Below, piece after piece: positions 1-13,526 of a stretch of DNA of 64,000 nt. The stretch covers positions 504,964 through 568,963 of the forward strand of contig NW_003314351.1 of the NCBI RefSeq assembly GCF_000143415.4, read 5' to 3'. Under the pieces are notes generated by a model that saw only the letters and a list, made by a program, of their open reading frames with translations, searched no databases and had not been told where the DNA came from. A program made the position numbers and the translations under genes. The DNA comes from Selaginella moellendorffii (Eukaryota > Plantae > Lycopodiophyta). Position 1 is the stretch's first letter. Every line of letters begins with the position of its first letter.

Positions 1-934
1 GTGCTGAGGTGGAGCAGCTGGATCTATCTGACGCTCAGGGGGCGACCAAGGGCACCGGTGCCAAGGAGGAGCTGGCTGCGGGGATCGTCTTGCCGCATGC
101 ATCGGGGATTCCAAAGGAGAAGAAAGACATCTGTGCCGAGGAGGAGGTGGCTGAGATGATCGTCCCGCTGGACATTCTCGAAGAGAAGGAAGACGTCTGT
201 GCCGAGGAGGGTATTGCCTTGCCGGACATTCTCGAGGAGAAGAAAGACACCTGTGCCGAGGAGGAGGGGATCGTCTTGGCGGACATTCCCGAGGAGAAGA
301 CAGTCACCTGTGCCGAGGTGCAGCAGCGTGAAAACCCGCCACAGCCCTGCGACAATCATCATAACAACGGGCCACAGGCTGTGGACGCCTCGTCTTTCAC
401 TGGAGCTGAGCTTGTCGACCACCAACTTGTCTCGTCCATGGACGGGGACGTAGCCGAAACGGAGATGTCCATGTCTGATGACTCGCTGCATCATCTTCTT
501 AGTCACGCCCCTCAAGGTCAGCTGCCAACGGCCGAGGAAGTATTCCAATCTGATGGGTCAGAGGAGGATAAGTGGTGCGGCCCAGAACTTTTGATGGACG
601 ATATGTCTCTTGTTGGCGAGTGTCAGCTTAACCAAGATCCGGCAGAGGTGGAGCAGCTGTCTTATGCGTTATCAACTGTCACCCTTGAGGAATCCTCGGC
701 TACTTCACCCAAGTCAAAAGCGAAAGTGGACAAGGAAAATCTGCCTCTGGGATTCGAACGATTCAGCTTGAGACAGCTAAAGAAATTTCAAAAGGAACTC
801 TACGGGAAGAAAAAGGTAAGGCGCTGCTCGGTTTCACAAACCGGATTCTCACCCCGTTTTGTCGCTTCCAGATGGAAAAGCCGAGCGTGACGCCTCTGTC
901 TCCGAATGTCAGCAAGAACAACTGTGCACACTAG
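1..934 (+). CDS. Unknown acidic, low-complexity protein (5'-partial; last intron 816-871)
   Basis: Open frame from the window edge. Phase-0 intron GTAAG(816)...TTCCAG(871) is followed by exon MEKPSVTPLSPNVSKNNCAH* ending at TAG 932-934. Basic helical tail FSLRQLKKFQKELYGKKK. Confidence 0.6.
84..320 (+). repeat. Coding tandem repeat, about 4 units of 51-66 bp
   Basis: Repeated GACA(T/C)CTGTGCCGAGGAG...GACATTCTCGAGGAGAAG, encoding I(V/A)LxDI(L/P)EEKxDxCAEE. Confidence 0.8.
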
Positions 935-1241
935 CGAGCGACTGATCGGAGGTAAAGTAGACGTAGGTGTGAGATCATTCGTCTTCATGATCCTCAGAAG
1001 AAGCGAATATCCGAAGAATATGAATGCGGTCGGTCATTAAGTGTCATTTATTGTTTCAATCTGTCACCATTCGCGAATATGCGCTGCTCATCCTGGCTGG
1101 TTGATGCGTTTCGTGGACTTGCCTTTAGTCGATGGTGCGCGTGCTCCGTTCTGCCCTAGCTCGTTTCGTTTGTTCGTTTTCTGGCATTTTGTAGCTGTAG
1201 CTTGGGCTCGGTGTGGCGACCTGTTCGCTTGATTCAAATCA

Positions 1242-4037
1242 ATGGGCGTCAAGAAGAGCATGCTACCAGTGGAGGAGGTTTTGAAAGGAGCCATTGAATA
1301 TGTACCCCTGCGCGTTGGAGGTGATGGCCATCTGCTTCTCCCTTGTTGTAAAGCAAGTCGTGCCTCTTTTTGCAGCTCCACGTTCGTCTGGGATGCCCCT
1401 GCGGATATTTGCATGGGTTGTAGAGTCGCAACTGATCGGGAAGGTTGTACTAGCCTACTTCATGCGACTCAATCGCTTGCCTCAGGTTTTGCTTCTTCGC
1501 CTCCGCTACAATCGGGCAACTAACAAACCAGCTCCTCCCGTCTCTAGATGCTTTGCGACACTGCAATTCCAGATTCCCCAATGTTCCTGCCCGAATACCC
1601 AGACGACAGTGAGTGAAAATCTGGCATTGCTTTGACTCGTGAAACTGTTTGCTACCAGCAATCGGAGAACCTGCAACAAAGGTTCTAGCCTCAGATTTAG
1701 GAGCGATTTCTCGTGTCGACGCGGCCATCGAGTGCCTTCCGTCTTACATCTCGAGGAGCCAGCGTCTTGGCGACGGATATCCTTTCAAGTTCTGGTGTAT
1801 AAGGGATTATGCAGGAGCATATCGATCGGGAAGAACAACTCCGATGGAGGTAGGTTTTGTCACAGGATGCTATCTTGCAAGGCGTGAAGATCTCGATAAT
1901 TAGGTAGCCGAGCGCTTTATTCAAGCTGTAGAAGATTCTGAAAGGCTGAGTCCTCCAATGGCTTACATGATATCCTTCGACGCGTCCGACATACGTAAAC
2001 AAGCAGCAGCATCCGCGGAACGTTTTGCCTCAGGTTGGAGCACTAGTTTGTCTATGTTTTTACCCTCCACTTGGGGCAGGTTCTCCTCTATCAATGCTGG
2101 ATGGCGTCCTGATCGTCGTAAAAGATGACATAGACTGCCTTCCGCACGAGAGCAGAGGTATGCAGGTTTTGTGTTTCCATTACACGAGTTCGGTGAACTA
2201 TCTCTACAGGAGGAACACAATGGCTCCATAAGTACAGAGAGGTGAAAACGGATGCAGCCTGTGTTGCAAGACTGCGGGAGTGTGGAGTTATATTTGCAGG
2301 AAAAACAAACATGCATGAGCTCGGAATGGGAACCACTGGAAATAATCCATATTCAGGGTGAGAATCCTTTTCAGCTGACCATTTTCAATTCTCTCTGGGA
2401 ATAACAGAACTGCAAGGAATCCTTATGATACTACGAGATATGCTGGAGGTTCTTCGTCAGGCTCAGCTGCCGTAGTTGCGTCTGGTTTATGTCCGGCATC
2501 ACTGGGAACTGATGCTGGAGGTATGTAGCATCAAGCATTCGGTTCACTAGAGTTTTGTTGCAGGGTCCATAAGAATACCTTCGGGATTGTGCGGACTGGT
2601 GGGTTTGAAGTGCACTTTTGGACGTATAACTCTCTCTGGGTAAGAAAATGAAAAAGAGAAAGCGATCTTGACCTCCGTCATCTACAAAACTCTGTAAGGC
2701 TTGTGCCGGTTGGATGGACTCTAGAAGCGGTTGGGCCTATCGCAGCTAATGTAGAGGATGCATTGATCGTGTAAGTTTCTTGAAGCTCTTTATTCATGAG
2801 TTATGGTTCGTGACATCCAGGTATTCAGCCATGATAGGGAGCGGTCCATCTGACGTTGTTTATTCAAAACCAGTAAGTAGCTATATCAGCGGATAGAGCA
2901 TTATTTTCACAAGGTTTTCAGCCTCCTCCATGTTTGCCGCTATTCAATCATACAAGCTTCCAGCAACTAAAACTCGGAATCTATACCGATGTAAGTCTTC
3001 TGTGTGATTAGATTTCTAGTGACTTACGTTTACGAACGTGCAGTGGTTCACCGATGTATCTCCTCCTGAAGTAGCAACCATCTGTAGGATGGCTGTCGAC
3101 CGATTCTGTGAGAGATACTCTTCTCGCGTATAAGCATCTACCAGGCCGTCAGTGTGCTGAGTCTTTTCTTGTTCAGATCAATGAGATCGCAATACCGGAG
3201 CTTGAGGAGTTGCGAAACGGCCATCTTGTGACTACAGGTTCTGAAATATGCACATGCTTGAATTCAATCTACAAATACGGGTACACAGCTTGTTAATTTT
3301 CAGTCTGCCTGCTCGAACGGATTTATGGCTGCAGGAGGAAAAGTACCTGCCATGAAACCCGAGTGATTATCGCGTTGTTTAAGCAGTTCCAGTCGAGCCT
3401 CTATGTTTCAGCACAGCGCCTGCGGTTTGTCTACGAGATTAGATCATGGTACTGACCACGCTTCGATTGTCAGGAGACGGCTGATGTTCTACCACATGGA
3501 AATTTTCAGGACAGTTGATGTGATCGTCACTCCTACGACAGGGTGAGATGCCCATGGCCTGGATTGGAATGAATCCCTCACCCATTTTTACAGGGTTACT
3601 GCTCCTTTTATACCGGCAGACGCGATCAGCACCGGGGAAACAGACCTCGCAACACACGGTCAGTTAAGTTAGCCTTTTGAGAGCCTCCAATATTTGACGG
3701 ATTGTGTTCCGTTTCTGCAGCTGATCTTATGAGGTTCATAGTTTCAGCCAACTTTTTGGGACTTCCTGCTGTTTCCGTACCAGTAGGTTCTTTTACTTGC
3801 ATTCTCTCTCTCTCATCACGGTCATAATGTTCAGGTTGGCCACGACAAGCAGGGCCTTCCGGTTGGGCTGCAACTCATTGGCAAGCCATGGCAAGAAGCA
3901 ACGTTGCTCCGTATCGCTTTTGCAATTGAGGTAATGTGTCCCTTACAAACAAAGCTACCAAGTAAGCAGGTTTTCGGTATTAGGAGCTGTGCGCCAAAGC
4001 GAGGAGAAAGCCGGCTGTCTTCTACGACATGTTGTAA
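1242..4037 (+). CDS. FAAH: Fatty acid amide hydrolase (amidase signature family), multi-exon
   Basis: Spliced exons give [31 protein letters not shown] (catalytic Lys), [36 protein letters not shown] (catalytic Ser pair), [25 protein letters not shown] and C-terminal KPAVFYDML*. The order is collinear with Arabidopsis FAAH as I recall it. Confidence 0.95.
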
Positions 4038-4215
4038 GGTGTGATTGCCAGATTAAATCAAGTCTTAGATGGCGACCTCATATTAATGGGAGTGGCGTGC
4101 TTTCCTGCAGGGTCTGTAAACTCACGGGTCTGGTTTCAGGAAGGTGTGGCAGTAGGAGAAGTTCATTGCACTGCCTCTGGGCGCTCTCACTTATTTCCCT
4201 GCGCCTCTCTCTCGT

Positions 4216-4221
4216 TATAAG
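4216..4221 (+). promoter_or_regulatory. Candidate TATA box of the LTP gene
   Basis: TATAAG about 78 bp upstream of ATG 4294, following a CT-rich tract. Confidence 0.4.
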
Positions 4222-4293
4222 GGCGAGCGCGGACGAGCTCTTGAGGAACATCGTGCTTTTGGTTGCTTGCTTGCTTCTCTCAGCAGCGTTGGC

Positions 4294-4602
4294 ATGGGCG
4301 GAGCGCGCATCCTGGTTGTTGTAGCTTTGCTTGCCTCACTGCTGCTCCATGTCGGACTTGTAGCGGCCGCTGTGGATTGCAGCGCTGCGCAGCAGGCAAT
4401 GTTTCCTTGCCTCTCGGCGGCGGTGGGAGGCAATCCACCGCCACCCTCGGTTGCCTGTTGCGCCGCCATGAAAAGCGTGTCCAAGCTTGAGATGTGCCAG
4501 TGCCTCGTGAATCAAACGTCCACGGTGCCAGGCCTCAACATGACTGCCGCCAGAAACATCCCGGCGAACTGCAACATCTCCGCCGCCGCCGACTGCTCCT
4601 GA
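4294..4602 (+). CDS. Non-specific lipid transfer protein (8-cysteine motif), intronless
   Basis: Signal peptide MGGARILVVVALLASLLLHVGLVAA, then C-X9-C-X15-CC-X11-CQC-X22-C-X7-C. Confidence 0.92.
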   Translation: MGGARILVVVALLASLLLHVGLVAAAVDCSAAQQAMFPCLSAAVGGNPPPPSVACCAAMKSVSKLEMCQCLVNQTSTVPGLNMTAARNIPANCNISAAADCS

Positions 4603-4932
4603 TTTCACCTGCAATGCTCTTGTGTATGTTCCCATATATTAACAATCAATGCTTTAAGATACCTTGTGGATGAGCTGGCGCATCCTCATTGGCCTCGTCT
4701 CCACGTGGCCGGCTGTGAGTGGCCCGCACAACGTGACTGACTGCCCTAAGTATAAGGTTGTGGCGCAGCGCTGGCGTCTACACTGCGGCAGTCGAAGCGC
4801 GCCGGCCAAGGGGGAGGAGCTGCTGCTGCTGCTGCTGCCGCTCCTGCCGCTGCCGAGGTGGTGAGGCGCCGCCCAAATCTCCCAGCAGCTGCTCGCAAAC
4901 GCGGCCGCCTTGTGGCGTGGGCGTGCGTGGCC

Positions 4933-5840
4933 ATGGGAGCTGCCTGGTTGTCGGCCTTGCTCGCCTTTCTGTGGCTCACCAGCGACGCCCGCTCGGATGT
5001 GGATACCGGTGCCCCGCCAAGCAGCCAACTAGTAAGTAGCGCTCCTGTGTGTCTAGACCAGCCTTAAAGAAACAAAGCTCAGGTGACGTACGGCAGTGTG
5101 ATCAAGCTGCAGCATGCGAGCACCAAGTTCAGGCTGCACTCACACGAGGTTCCCTATGGTTCTGGGAGTGGCCAGCAGTCTGTCACTGCCTTTTCCCACG
5201 TCAACGATGGTAATAGCTACTGGGTAAGGGAGTGTGCATGCCCGCTACTCTTCTAACTTGTCCGTCCCCTCCCAGATTGTCAAGCCCGGGCCCCAAAGTG
5301 AAGCCCAGCAAGGAGACGGCGTTGCTGAGGGGTCCATTGTGCGCCTTCAGCACATGAGAACGAGAAGATGGCTCCACAGCCATCTGCATCAGTCGCCCCT
5401 CACTGGGAACCTCGAGGTGACTCGGCTTTTTCTATCCCCTCCCTCAGCTGTGCCATGTCTGCAGGTGAGCGCATTCGGCAGTCCAGATGTGAGTGACACG
5501 GGAGATACCTGGAGGTACAGCCTGTATCTATGTCAACCGCTCTACTAAAAAACCTTGTCTCCCCGCTTGTTTTTAGATTGGAGATTGAGGGCAAGGAAAA
5601 GACCTGGACCAAAGATCTCAAGGTCCGGTTGTATCACATGGACACGGGTGGCTACCTTCACAGTAGCCATGACAACAAGTACACCAGAATAGTTGCGGGA
5701 CAGTTGGAGGTAACATGAAGAATTCTCCGTCTTGTGTCGTTTTTAAGTCTGTGTTACAGGTGTGTGGTGTCCAAAAGAAGAGCGCTGACAACGTCTGGCT
5801 GGCTGCGGAAGGAATTTATCTCCCCAGGCGAACAAAGTGA
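4933..5840 (+). CDS. SDF2: Stromal cell-derived factor 2-like protein (MIR domains), 6 exons
   Basis: Signal peptide, then VTYGSVIKLQH..TKFRLHSHEVPYGSGSGQQSVT, VRLQHMRTRRWLHSHLHQSPLTGNLE, SDTGDTWR and VWLAAEGIYLP. Canonical short GT-AG introns. Confidence 0.95.
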
Positions 5841-6037
5841 CCGTCACTCGGGTAAGTATACAGAGGGGAGTGTGCTTTACTAGCGCGGGCTATGATGAGC
5901 AGATTATAATTGGTGATAAGAAGCCTTGAATGAGCAACTTTTTTCTCAAGCACTTTTGAGCCCAGCCCAGGAATGCTTGTCTAGGTGTAACAACGCTCAC
6001 ATTGTATCTTGGCATGACAATAGGCTTATACATACAT

Positions 6038-7551
6038 TCACGAGGAGCGGGAGGGGGTGGTGCACGCAGTGACGCTGGTGATGGTGATTTTATCGGCCAC
6101 CACCGCCTCGTCATCGTCGTTTCGATGCCAGGACCAGTGCGCATGCGTTGCGTTTACCACCTGCAGCTCCCCATGGCCGAAGCTTGCCTCCCGAAAGATG
6201 GACCATTCCGGCTGTGGATCCCTGAATCGTCGGGCCAGTCCTTCGCGGTTTCCGCCGTCTCCGATTGTGATGTGCATGATTCCGCACTCGTCGAGCTGGC
6301 CGCTGTAGACACGAGCCTGCAGAAATATGTATAGCACATCGGGATTACAATTACATGACCAATGGCAAGAATCCGAACCGTTCGCTCGTAAGCGTGAACG
6401 TGCCCCGCGAAAACAATGTCAACTTTGGCCTCGCGCAGCATGGGCTCCAGTGCATGCATCATCCCATCTCCATCTCCCCGGTGCTTGGCGTTGGAGTTAT
6501 ACCATGGTGCATGAACAATGGCAACAAGCCAAGGCGTTTTGCTCCTGTCCACCTTGTTCAAATCTTCCTGTCACCATTTACCTGCACAATTAGTCCACCC
6601 GACGAATGAAAGCACTTAACTTGGAGCCACGCATACTGCTCCGAGCGCTGGTCGTAGGCCGCATACGAGCCGAGCATGACAACGTGAACGCTAGCAACAT
6701 CAAACGAGTAAAAGAGGTTGGAGGGCGAGTCGCTTTCGCTGTGAGGCATGGACCAGCGGGAATTGTAAGCCTTGTAGGGCCGGGCAAGCAAAGGAATCCC
6801 CTCCACGTCGTGATTTCCCTGGGTCACCATCCACGGTCGCGAGCTTGCCGCTGGTTCCACGAGCCTGCCAAACGAATCCCACAGCGGCTGGTAGTAGTCG
6901 GCATACGAAAGGTCACCCGCAAACAGGAGCACATCGTAACTGCACTGCTGGATGTGGGCAAGAGTGGATTCGCTCCACCGCGTCTGCCCCAGGTCACCTA
7001 AAAAAGCACAAAATGTGGAGCTGGCTTGGGACGGACAAGCGTGTGTTACCCACCGACGACCGCAAACGTGACTGGCACCTCAGGCCCGAGCTTGGGCGGT
7101 GTCTTGAAACTCAGCTCGCGGCCTCCAGCTCCAGCAACTCGATAGAAGTAGCGCGTGTCGTCCTCGAGGGGCCCGATGACAGCATTGTGGATGGTCCCCG
7201 ATCGGTAGAGCATGTAAAAGTAGGAGGAGGAGCCATCCGCAACTGCGGATGCGGTGTAAGTGTTTGGGGCGGTGCCGTAGTCGACCTTGGCCGGGAGGTT
7301 GGAGCCGGCTGCCGTGATCCATGTCACTCGGATGTGCTTGAGGCCGGCTAGAGTCACGTGAACCTGGATACGCCCCCGCACTGTCTGTGAGCACTACAAC
7401 TCTCTATATATATGTTGCGAGCGACTCTCACCTGCTCAGGGGACGCCTGGAGCAGCAGCTGCTTGCGGCCGAGCCACGCCCACTGCCCGGCTGCTCCCGC
7501 GGCCGCCCACCACACCACAAGGACCGCCAGCAACGCCGCAGGCGCATCCAT
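6038..7551 (-). CDS. Purple acid phosphatase (PAP18-like), multi-exon
   Basis: Signal peptide and fibronectin-like N-domain ([22 protein letters not shown]). Metal-ligand motifs [24 protein letters not shown] and GHVHAYER, plus FREASFGHG. Confidence 0.93.
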
Positions 7552-7643
7552 GCCTAGGGTTGATCTCCCTCGCATTTGACACGCAGGCACCGACTTTAAG
7601 TGGGCCTCGACATGCCACTGACAAATCTCTTGTTCAGCATGTT

Positions 7644-10597
7644 TCAGATCGGGAGTAAGTCATCCGTAAGCTCCCAATCTTCGTCCCTGGCTTTTCCAGA
7701 GGACTTGACACTGTCGTACCCAACTCGTCGTGGGCGTTGCCCAAAACAAGCCATGGTGCTGCCCGTCTGCCTCTGATGATCCTGATCCACCTTCCACAGT
7801 TTGCTCTCATAAGCCTGGACTTCCATTTTCCTGCCAAGACTTGTGCAAAGGTGCACCAAACAGCGCAAGCACTCTGCATTGTCTGGGTGTGCGCTAAGAA
7901 TTTGCTTGTATTTGTGAAGTGCCTTTGAAAATGAACCCGTTCGTCGTAAGCACAGCGCCACCTTTAGCTTCCACTTCACCTACGGAGAAGAAAAGACTCA
8001 GGCTCTGGACTGCTCAAACTGACTACCTCTTCAGGATGAATCCGTGACGCTAGTTGGAAGAAAGGCATTGCTTTCTCGTACAACTCGTTCTGCAGATAAA
8101 AAGACCCCAACCACGCAGTGACAACCACATCCGTTGGACACACTCTGTGCGACTCGCTGAAGTAGTGAAGAGCCTTTGCATCATCTTCACAGCGCACGTA
8201 GAGGTTTCCCAGCATAGCTAGAAGGCCTGCATCATGCATCACTTTCGAGACCAAGAGCTCTAGCCACTTTATTGCTTGTCGAGAGTTTCCCATAACGTCA
8301 CTCACTTGTCCAATCTGCCATGCCCATGACAAAGATCAAGAAAATCAAGGAAACGCCATGAGAATACAATACCTGAAACAATACTTCGGTATTATTCGGA
8401 AGAACGTAACTTATTTTCTTGAATACGCTCAATGCTTCCTCAAAAGAATTTAGTTTCTTATATGCAAGGCCCAGGTTATAAAGTGCCTCCACGCAATCAG
8501 GGTCCACGTCTGCAGCGCCTTTATAGACTTGCTTTGCGCGCTCAGGATCGCCCTGTTTTGTTGGTACAAAATATGAAAGGATGAAATACAGTCTGCTTCT
8601 TACCCTCATAAAGTAACAGTTTCCTTGGTTGACTAGGGCGCAAGCGTTGAACCGATTATTTAAAACAGCAAGCTCCGCGTGTTTCTCCGCGTTTGCCAGA
8701 TCACCCTCCAAGAAATATAAGAAAGACAGATTTGTTGCTGCTCGTGCTTGCAAATCTCTTTCTTTTCGTTCGAATTCTTTTAGCAATGCTATGGCCTGGG
8801 AAAATAAGTTTCAGAAACTACCAGATATGAATCATGGATTACTTGTTGAAAGTCTCTTTGATGTAGGTGTTGAAGGGCTTTATCCATTTCCATTTCGTGT
8901 GCAAGGGTCACATATTGCTGGTCTTGTAGCAACTCGATGACCCAATCATAACCCTCTACCAAAGAATTTCCAACAACAGGAGCAATAATTCTCGCAGATG
9001 TTAGTATGAGCCTGTTTGCCTGATTTTGTCTTGCATGTAGCTCCTGCCGCAACTCGTCCCTCTGCAAGATAAAAGAACCATCAAAGCATGCCAAAGGACA
9101 GTGGAAACGGACCCACCCGAAACACGGCCGTATGATCGGGCTCAATGTCATCGTCACGCTCTGGATCATAGTGTTTCACTAAGAGCATTTTTGTAAAGCA
9201 GCTTCTCATTTTGGAACAATTTCCCAAAACATAATGGGAAACTAGAAGATTGTAAGCCGCGTGATGGTCGACCGTGATGTCTATCAATGATTCAAATGAC
9301 TGAACAGCATCCTGCTCACAACCACGACCGCACTACAGCGTTGGATGATAACTTCGAAACCTACCTGGTAGTGGCCAGTCCGCATCAAAGAGATGCCAAT
9401 ATTGCGCATGATCTTGTATCGCGTATCTTTGTACGAATTGGGAGTCTGATCAAGGGCCATGCGATACATTTTTACTGCAAGTGCATATTTCTCTTGTTCA
9501 TAGTAAATGTTCCCCATATTTACTCTTAATCTTCCACCCTGTGGAAACTGCAGGATTTGAAAGGTCAAAAGTCCAAATAGTAAATATGCTGCCTACTTGC
9601 TTGCTCTTCACGATTTGTGAATAGGTATTCAACGCTTCCGAGTGTAAACGATTCATTTCATATTGATATCCTAGATTAAAACAGACAGCGAAAGTCAGCT
9701 CGGTATTCACTTGATCAGCCTATAAAAATAGCCAGTTGTCAGTGGGAAGGGGAAAATATGACTTGGAATTTGATACCAAGCCCGTCTGCTCTCGATGTTT
9801 GCAGAGCATCCTTTCGCGTTTTCCAGCTTCTTTAGCTTTCTCCAGAGCAGTGGCATATTGACCCTGGCTTTAAAATAAAGATGTAAGCAGTATTATCACC
9901 AGAGAGCGTACCAGAAAGCTGGCAGTGGCACTTTCCTCCAGCATCTGATTGACCTGACTCTCCAGCTCGCGAACCTGATATTCAGGATTGAGTTCGTCCC
10001 TTTTCTGCGCGTTTGTTAAACGTGCACCTTGATTCAAAGGATCGAACTTGGTACCCTGCCAAAGCCGTCAGGCGGGAAAACTTCGTCAAGTGTTGACTTA
10101 CTCTGGAGGTATAGCCAGCTGCCCTTACAGCCGTCATGGGTCTGTCAAACGCTGTAAGGGAAGAGCTAGAAATTGACCGTGCTCTTCCAACACTAGGTGG
10201 TCTATAGTATAGTGCATTCTGTGGGGTTGGAGTCCTCGTATGATCCAAATTGAAGAAGTCCGGTGGTGACAAAGCCTTCCCTCCCTATAGAGATTGAAAC
10301 GGCATTAATAGATGCATTTTCAGCTAGTTACCAAAAACTCTGAAGCAGTTGATGAAGCGGATAGAGGTGCGACATGGTCATACACTGTAAACTCCTCGTT
10401 TGCGCCTAGATTTTCAACAATACCTGCTACCGGCTGCATATATAAAATAATTCACCAACAGATACGGGGAAAAGCCTCACCCTCTGTGGCCTAGCCGTGA
10501 GGAACCTGATCTGCTCGTCGTAGTCATTATATCCCTCGTATAGCTCGTTGTAACGTACATCTCGAAAACCCCTGGCGCTACACGAGCTTGTCGCCAT
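7644..10597 (-). CDS. IFT88: Intraflagellar transport protein 88 (TPR repeats), multi-exon
   Basis: N-terminal ELYEGYNDY, then RPMTAVRAAGYTS, GRLRVNMGNIYYEQ..AVKMYRMALDQ, AATNLSFLYFLEGD, ALVNQGN, EALYNLGL, KWKLKVALCLRRTG and C-terminal DDLLP, all characteristic of IFT88. Confidence 0.95.
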
Positions 10598-10683
10598 CCC
10601 AAAACCTAGATTAAACAGACAGTTGAGCATATTCCTTCAGCCTGCCAAATGGTATACCCGTCAACTTTTGGGCTTTAGCCGCC

Positions 10684-13031
10684 ATGTCAGCGACGTCAAG
10701 AGCTTACATCGCATATTCTGGAAAAGCAGTTGAATCCGTCGGTGGGTTCTCGTGAAACCGGAATTCTTTGGCTGGTGGGTCGAATGACAGGTGCTGAAAT
10801 TAGAGTAAAAAATGAAAAAGAAAATAGTGATTTTGAAGGTATAAGTAGAAATTTGCAGTCTGCACTGAAAGATGCCATGGATCTCTCAAATGCCGACTAT
10901 GACACGCTAGAAGACATTGCCGATGGTTTAGAGAAAATGCTTCATTCATGGAATGATGTTCAGGAACAACGTGCTATGGAATACGCAAGGCTGAAAGAGG
11001 CCTTGGCGAAGGACACGTCACAGTGTCACAAGAGGACCACTGACATGAAAGAAACGCTGGAAAATATTGGTGTAAGAGTTTCCCAGGATTCCACAAAAGA
11101 TGATACTTTTGTCTCCCCTCTGAAACCAAGCTCGCCACAACCACAACAAAAAGGCTCTCCCGAAGATGCTGCTGTCCGAGAGAAGGAGGAGACAAGAATG
11201 CTCCCTGAATGGGCTGCCTTGATGACCAAAGAGTTTGCGGATAGAGTCTCCACCAAAAGAAAAGGTGTTCTGAAGCATCTATATGGAGTCAAAGCCATGC
11301 CACTAAAGAAAAAACCTCGAAAACAGATCATATCAGTGCAGATTCAAGATAATAATCGTGACAAACGGGATTGCACTTGTGACGAGGGTGACAAGAGTGA
11401 GTTCCACCATAATCCAATCTATATTTTAAAATGGTTTGCTTCACTCCTAGACGTTACCGACCAGCTTGAAGGCTTTGTTCAAAGAGGTAGCTATTTTTGC
11501 AGGTGAAGAGAGAAAAAAATGGCCCCCTTCAAAGCAAAACCCTCCGAGTTTCATCAAGGTGCTACTCGATCGTGCTTCTTTCTAGCCATCGCACTTTCTT
11601 ACTTGCCAACTGACATACACAGGGCAAGGATTCGACTAGCCAACTTAAGAAGCAACTTGAAGAGCTTCAAATAGCATTACTGGAGTCTGCAACGGAATAT
11701 GAGCTCAAGGTTCACCAAAACATCTCATTTCTTTGCTTTCAACTTTTGTATTCTACAGATACTTCAAATGAAGATGCAGATGCTACAAAACAAAAATGAC
11801 ATGTCCAAAAAAAGTCCCCACACACCTCAACAACACCAAAACCAAACGGATGATCCAGTCAGTAATTTCAGCTCATAGTTCTAGCATCAGTTGTCCTATG
11901 TTTACTGCAGGACGGAGAAGCTCATACAGTAGACTGCTCTCGAAAACAGGTATCCAGGCTTCAAAGAGAGAAGAAGGACCTGACAAAAGAAGTGTTTGAA
12001 TACAGGAGAAGAGAGAGGTGAGCATCTGACATGAACAGTTCATGCAACTCACGAAATCATCAAGTAGAAACATCTCGTAATGTTTCAAACAGGATGTTTG
12101 AACAACAGCGCAAGGTACTGGAAGACGCGCAGTACAGAGTTAATTGCCTTAAGAGGTGGCTTCAACCCTTCTCGCTTTCTGTGTAAAATACTGTGACATT
12201 TTCCAGGGAACTCATGAAAAAGGAAGGGCAGCTTGTGAATGTCCAGCTGCGTGAGAAAGCGTTAAGTGTAAGGGTTTCTCAGTTGGAAGACGCACTTAGG
12301 TCGTCATCGAACAAGTCCGACTTTGTAAGACTCTGGCATGCACTTCCTGAGCTTCAAGAATGGCTACAATCGTTGAGAAAGGTTTGTCAATTTTATGGAA
12401 GAATTTTAAATTTTTTTCTGTAATTACTCGTTCAACATTCAGGACGGTCCCATAAGGCTGGATCACTCGCATTTACTCCAGGTAGACAGTTTTATCCTCG
12501 GTTTTATTCCTGAAAAAAAAACTTGGTCAACAGTTGCAGCACTATGAGACACAGATCGCTAAAGTTCTCGAATCACTGCCTCACAAACCGACTGAAGAGG
12601 AAGCCGCGTTGCCTTTCTACAGGAATTGCCAGGCACCACATCAACCACCACTTCCTATTGACAAATGCAGAAAGGTACGTTGCGGTGTATTAAATAAATA
12701 GAATGACTTTTGTGCTCTCAGAAACTTTTTGAGAGATACGCAAAACAAAAAAAAGAATCTAAGAAAGAAGCAGAGGCGCTGCAACGAGAATTGCACAAAT
12801 TAGCGCATCCAAAGACGTTGAAGGTATGCATGTCTTCATGCAGAAGGATGCCTGACTCTTAATTTGCAGTCAGTAGAAAAAGCTGTCCCATCTACTTCTG
12901 ATACCAAAAGTACTGAAAGTGTTCGGTCAAAGAAACAAGTGCAGCAACCTTATTGGCTATATGGTGCCGCTTTGCTTCTTGGAGGATTGTTGTTTCGAAA
13001 TCGATGTACCACTTTGGCAAACACTACATGA
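10684..13031 (+). CDS. Uncharacterised multi-exon coiled-coil protein with a short hydrophobic C-terminal segment
   Basis: GCCATG at 10684, a phase-1 intron, then the large exon of ORF 10730-11506. Further GT-AG exons encode heptad-rich peptides (ELMKKEGQLVNVQLREKALSVRVSQLEDAL; KLFERYAKQKKESKKEAEALQRELHK). The last exon 12870-13031 ends PYWLYGAALLLGGLLFRNRCTTLANTT*. Confidence 0.7.
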
Positions 13032-13526
13032 ACGATTATAATTTTGTTCTCCATAATTTTTCTTGGTTGCTGTAAATAATCTGAGAATTTCCATTGATCG
13101 ATCCTTAACAGGCAGTCGCTCGCCTGTTAAGGTGATCCAGCAGTTCGTAGCTGTCGGATCAAGATTTATTATTTGCAAGAATATTACTATGGCCCTTACA
13201 CATTCTCCAGAAGATCTAGAAAGAAATCACTCAATCAGAGGTGCCAGTAGCCACGGTGGAGCAATCAGCAAGGTGGCAGATCCTTGGGCGGTGGCTCCAA
13301 GCGCTGCCACTCCTCGGCACCGTCCTCCACAATAAACACGGTATCAAGCCCCGTCAAAGAATGCAAATCCAAGTGACAATGAAACGCCCAAGTCCCTGGC
13401 AGCACGAGAAGAAGAGAGACGATCATCCCACGAAAGAACTCGCGATAAAACTCTCATAGCACTCAAGAGCAAAGGTTGTTCTCAGCATATCCCAGGAAAC
13501 AATGTTTTGCTACTCCCTGCAAAGTC

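Noticed and set aside
4654-5039. Overlapping GC-rich ORFs upstream of SDF2
   Set aside because: They arise from a (CTG/CCG)n-rich leader; the SDF2 signal peptide starts at ATG 4933.
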